From contig NC_087437.1 of NCBI RefSeq assembly GCF_036321535.1, forward strand, positions 59,398,001 to 59,462,000: a stretch of 64,000 nt of DNA, written 5' to 3'. How positions within the stretch are numbered: the first letter of the stretch is position 1; each line of letters begins with the position of its first letter. The notes under the pieces are model-generated. The model saw nothing but the letters and a program-made list of their open reading frames with translations. It had not been told where the DNA came from and searched no databases. This DNA is from Camelus dromedarius (lineage: Eukaryota). Made by a program: the position numbers and the translations under genes. This document shows positions 59,490-64,000 of this stretch, piece by piece.

Positions 59490-61409
59490 CAGGTTCAATC
59501 AGTAAAGCCTGAAGCCCACCCCCTCCAGGAAGAGGTCCCTGGTCTTGCCCTGTTCAGCTAGAACGTCTTTTTCCCTCTGAGGCCCCAGAACACTTTGTTA
59601 AGCTCAGCCTCCCCTATCTCAGATCAAACCCATTTAGACCTATGTTTTACCCCCTCCAGCAGACCAGAAGCACTTCCTCTGAAGCAATGAATACTGGATT
59701 ATACCTCCTGAAGGGTGAGACCATGTGCATCCACCCAGCACTCAGTGGGGAGAGGTCAGCGCAGTTAAAGTGTGTGATTGAACAGCAGATAACTTTGCCA
59801 GCTCTTTGCACAGCCTAGCTAAAGATTTGTCAGGCCCAGGTGCCCACAGAGAAGTTCAAAACCAAGAGACAAACTGAAACGCACATTGCGTCATATCCTC
59901 TCTACCCTCCATTTGAAAATCTCTAAGTAATTACCACACACTTTTGACTTTACTTGTGCTTCTTTATACTATTTCCTGAGAAATAAGAACTGTCACAGCT
60001 TTCCTTGTTTTGGGAGTGAAAACCCCAGGGAGGTCGAGGTTTCCTGGGCAGAGCAGAGGAGCCTAGTGGGCCACCGGACTCTTGTGGACCTGGGTGAGCT
60101 CTCCACCACTAGGGAGACCAAAATCCCACCGTGTAGATCCCATGACAGTCACACTTGCCTTTAACCTCTTTGGTGGCATGAAAGCCAATACAAGGGGACT
60201 TTTCATCAAGGGGCCCAGTGAGTGGCAGCTCACCAGGAGACATATGTTTGATTGATGAGGGCAGCTTCTGCCCAGTCCACCCAATGAATCCCTGAGCCCC
60301 TAAACACAGCCCTTCATCGAAGGGAGAGAACATAAAATGTGTGTTCCACACATTCATGTGTTGCAAAGCCTTAGTCTTTATGTTTAGCTGAAGGAAAGTG
60401 CCTGAATTGAGAGTCAGGCCCCATGGAATCTAATCTTGGCTTGGCCCGTAAGTAACTGTATGGAAAATGAGTGTACTCTGAGGGTTTCAACTTCCTGTCT
60501 GTAAAACTGAGGGGTTGACTAGATTATCCTGAAGGGCCCTTCCAGGTCTGCCGGTCTGTGCATATATGAAAACAGACATACAGTTAACAACCATCCCACA
60601 AACATTTATTGTATACTGATGGAGTGGCCAGCCTTGTGCTAGGAGCTGAGGACGGAAAGATGAATTAAATAAAACCATTCCTCAGAGTCTAGTGAGGGAG
60701 GCAGAGAGTTAAAGACAGCGCTGAGGTGGAGATGCACACAAGGGGCAATGGAGAAGAGTAAGAGATCTTGGAACATGTTCCTGGAGAGGATGGTACCCGA
60801 GCTGGCTCTTTAAAAATGAGTCAGGGTCAGCCAAGGGACATGGCAGGAGGAAGCCATTCCAGTTAGATGGAACCACACAAACAACCACAAGAAGACAAGA
60901 AATAGTCTCACGAGCACAGAAGAAGCACAGGCTATCGCTGGAGAATAAATGATGAGGCCAGGAGAGGTGACTAGTGAGGCTGCAGAGGTGGACAGCGGTC
61001 AGACTCGGACAATCTCATGTGTTGTACTCAAAGCTGGGGCTGTAACCTGTGGTTGATGGGAAGCCACGATGTGGTTACAATGGGAAGAAGTACAAGGTCA
61101 GCTCTGTGGTTTGGTAACAGTGTGGAGAATGGATTTGAGGGGGGCAGGCAGAGAGACACTTTTGAGCCCGGAGGAAAGAGGTGGGAATGGGTGTTGATGT
61201 GGCTAAGTGACTGGGTTCACTGGGGTTGTCATCCAGTTAATGTTTTTCTAACTACCTCAGTTTTTTTCTTGTTGTTGTTTTGTTTTGTTTTTTAGGGAAC
61301 ACCAGGTCCTCTGCTTGGCTCTGATGGGGAGTGGGTGGCTTTGGGAAGTGGTGAGGATTTAGGGTGCTCATCGAGGGGAGTGGCAGAGGAACAGACAGCT
61401 GGATGGAAG

Positions 61410-62220
61410 GTGTATTCCTGCTGTAACAAATTATCACAAACTTGACTTAAAGCAACATAAATTTACAATTTAGAGGTTAGAAGTCCACCACAGGACCGAC
61501 TGAGCAAAAATCAAGGTGTTGGTAGGGCCTATTTGTTTAGAAATTCCAGGGGAGAATTTGTCTGTGCCTTTCCCAGCTTCTGGAGGCTGCCGGTATCCTT
61601 TGGCCCGTGGCCCCTTCCTCCATCTTCAAAGTCAGCAAGGGAGAGTGGAGTCCGTCTCACATTATACCACTCTGACCCTCTCTTCTGCCTCTTTTCATTA
61701 ACAAAAAATTTGACGTGAGATTTGTATAACATAAAAGTAACCTTGTTAAAGGGAGCAACTGAGTGGTATTTAGTATGTTTACAATATTGTGCAACCACCA
61801 TCTCCATCTAATTCCAAAACCTTTTCATCACCCCAGAAGGAAAGCCCATACCCATTAAGGACTTGCTCCCTCTTCCTCCAACCCTCCAGCCCCTGGAAAC
61901 CAGCAACCTGTGTTCTTCATTATAGATTCACCCGTTCCAGGTGGTTCATATACATGGACTCATACAGTATGTGACCTTTTGTGTCTTACCTCTTTCACTT
62001 AAGCGTGATGTTTTTGAGGTCTTCATGTTCACTTTTAAGGACCCTGGTGATTACATCAAGCCCGTCTGGATAATTCAGGAGATTCTCCCTTCTCAAGGTC
62101 AGCTGTTTAGCAAACTTAATTCCATCTACAACTTCCCTTCCCCTTTGCCAGGTACTATAACATATTCACAGGTTCTTGGGATTAGGATATAAATGTATTT
62201 CGGGGGGTCATAATTCTGCT
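61410..62220 (-). mobile_element. MLT1-type LTR interrupted by an L1 fragment (about 61698-62026)
   Basis: MLT1 motifs on both sides (ttcccagcttctggaggctgcc; cttttaaggaccctggtgattacat) with L1M sequence (ttgtgcaaccaccatctccatctaattccaaaac) between. Confidence 0.7.
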
Positions 62221-62704
62221 GCTCATAGGAGGGGTCAGAGTGTGTCAAGGCTTATACTCAGCGGTCCAGCTCCAGGAGCAGAGCACAGAGACTGTGGTAG
62301 TGGTCCAGGGATGAGGGGGATGTGGTGCACAGGAATTGTGGACCTGATGCTCACCCACAAGGTCTTGGATGGGGAGGAGGGCAAGGGTAAGAGGCTAGGG
62401 AGAAGTTGATAGTGTGAAAAATGAAGCGGGCTAGGGCAGGGCTCCTCTACCTTTACTATCTGGTCAATCATGGAGGAGTTTAGGCATGTAGACTCCCAGC
62501 CCCCAACTCCAGAAATTCTGATTTAGGGGTGGGATTCCTTACTCTGTAAGGAATACTGATGCAGATCCTGGAGGTCTTGAGGAGGTTAAATAACTGATGT
62601 GATAGGAGTCAGGAAAGAAGAGGGCTAGAAGGAGTCCTCAAATCCGCTGAAGGCATTCCCACCTTGGGACCTTCACATTGGCTGTGCCTTTTGCCTAGTG
62701 CAAA

Positions 62705-62990
62705 GCTGTCCATATGTATAGTCTGAAATGTTTTAGTAGCCACATTAAAGACAAGGAAACAGGCACAATTAATTTTAATAATATATTCTATTAACTTAAT
62801 ACAGCCAAAATATTATCTTTCAATTTACCATAAAATTATTGAGATATTTTACATTTTTAAAATCTTACTAAGTCTTTAAAATCCGGAATGGATTTCATGC
62901 TTGCATCACATCTCAATTTGGACCAAGTCCATTTCAAGTGCTCATTAGACACATGTGGCCAGTGACTAGCCTGTTGGCTGGCACAGGCTG
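62705..62990. mobile_element. MER3/MER33-like hAT element
   Basis: tagtagccacattaaa...catttcaagtgctcattagacacatgtggccagtg. Confidence 0.6.
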
Positions 62991-64000
62991 GAAAGCTCTC
63001 CTGTCATATCTTTGCCCGGCTGACTTCATCTCATCCAGGTTTCTGCCCGGAGATGCCTTCCCTCACTATGCTGTCTAAATTGGCTACTTTCCACTCCCAA
63101 CACTGCTTTCTTTTCTTTAGAGATTTATCACTGTCTGATTTTTATTAGTTATTTGTTTGCTTATTATCTGCCTCCCCATAGGATAGAAATCCCATGAGGG
63201 CAAAGACCTGTCTGTCTTCTTTGGTACAGGATCCCCAGCAACTGTATCACATCCACAGTAGACGCTCAACAAATATTTGGTGAATGACTTTAAAGGTCCT
63301 GGATACATCATCTGTCATCTCTGAAGCCAGTGTTCATTCAATAGGATGTTGGGGGAAGGGGAGCCAAGGGGGAGGGGCATTATGCAAGAAATAAGTTAGG
63401 AGACAGCCAGTAAGAAAGCTGCCTGTGAGCTAAAAGGCTGACTCTCAGATGTTACATTAGACGCTGGGTTTCTTTCCAGCTGTGACCTGACTGTGTATGT
63501 AACTGCTGGCTTATCTGGTTGTACGAGAAACCATCTCACCAAGTGTCATTCCTTCCTGACACCAGTAGATGGGGCAGTGTCATAAAAAACAACTGCAGTC
63601 AGTCTGCGGTCCCATGCAGTTTCTAAGCCCTTTCCAGCCGACTTTACTGAGGTCTATTCTGGAACTGCTCTGATCTCAGATCTGTGGTCTGGACTCATCA
63701 GTGGTGCTGCCGGCTTTCCCAGTTGACAGAATGCAGCCTCAGCTGCAACGTGTGCTTTCCAAGGGGGTGACCAGCTTCTCCACAAGGTGCGGTGGGCCCC
63801 AGAGGCTGGCCCAGACCCAGGACTCCAGGAGACAGCCTGGTACGCACCCCCCTCCCACCACCATTCTCATGTCTTTGAGTACAAGGACAGAGTGTAACTC
63901 CCACACTGGAGTGTTCACATTTGCTTAAACTCTTCTGTCTTCCTCAGGTTGAAAGAAGTCTTATTAAGAAGGTAGTCCAGGTATGGCAGAAACCAGTCCA

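Noticed and set aside
55900..64000. Search for a further gene upstream of LSG1
   Set aside because: No recognisable exons or CpG island; short ORFs overlap repeats or non-coding sequence

Overview
Mammalian genomic DNA, most likely a camelid (alpaca/camel), inferred from eight copies of a Vic-1-like tRNA-derived SINE. Two protein-coding genes lie in tandem on the minus strand. LSG1 (60S ribosomal subunit export GTPase) is complete: 14 coding exons, 55336->34102, 1977 nt, 658 aa, frame intact at every junction. TMEM44 has coding exons 1-10 (25231->569); its last exon appears to lie left of the window. The rest is intronic or intergenic sequence with L1, L2, L3, MIR, MLT1, MER21 and DNA-transposon remnants and microsatellites. 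The most notable signals are splicing-related: a clear AT-AC U12 (minor spliceosome) intron in LSG1, a probable GT-AG U12 intron in TMEM44, tandem GC donors, a NAGNAG micro-exon, a stop-free in-frame LSG1 intron, and a possible intronic poly(A) isoform of TMEM44. I see no evidence of a wholly new biological system. Repeat family names and boundaries are by eye and approximate.
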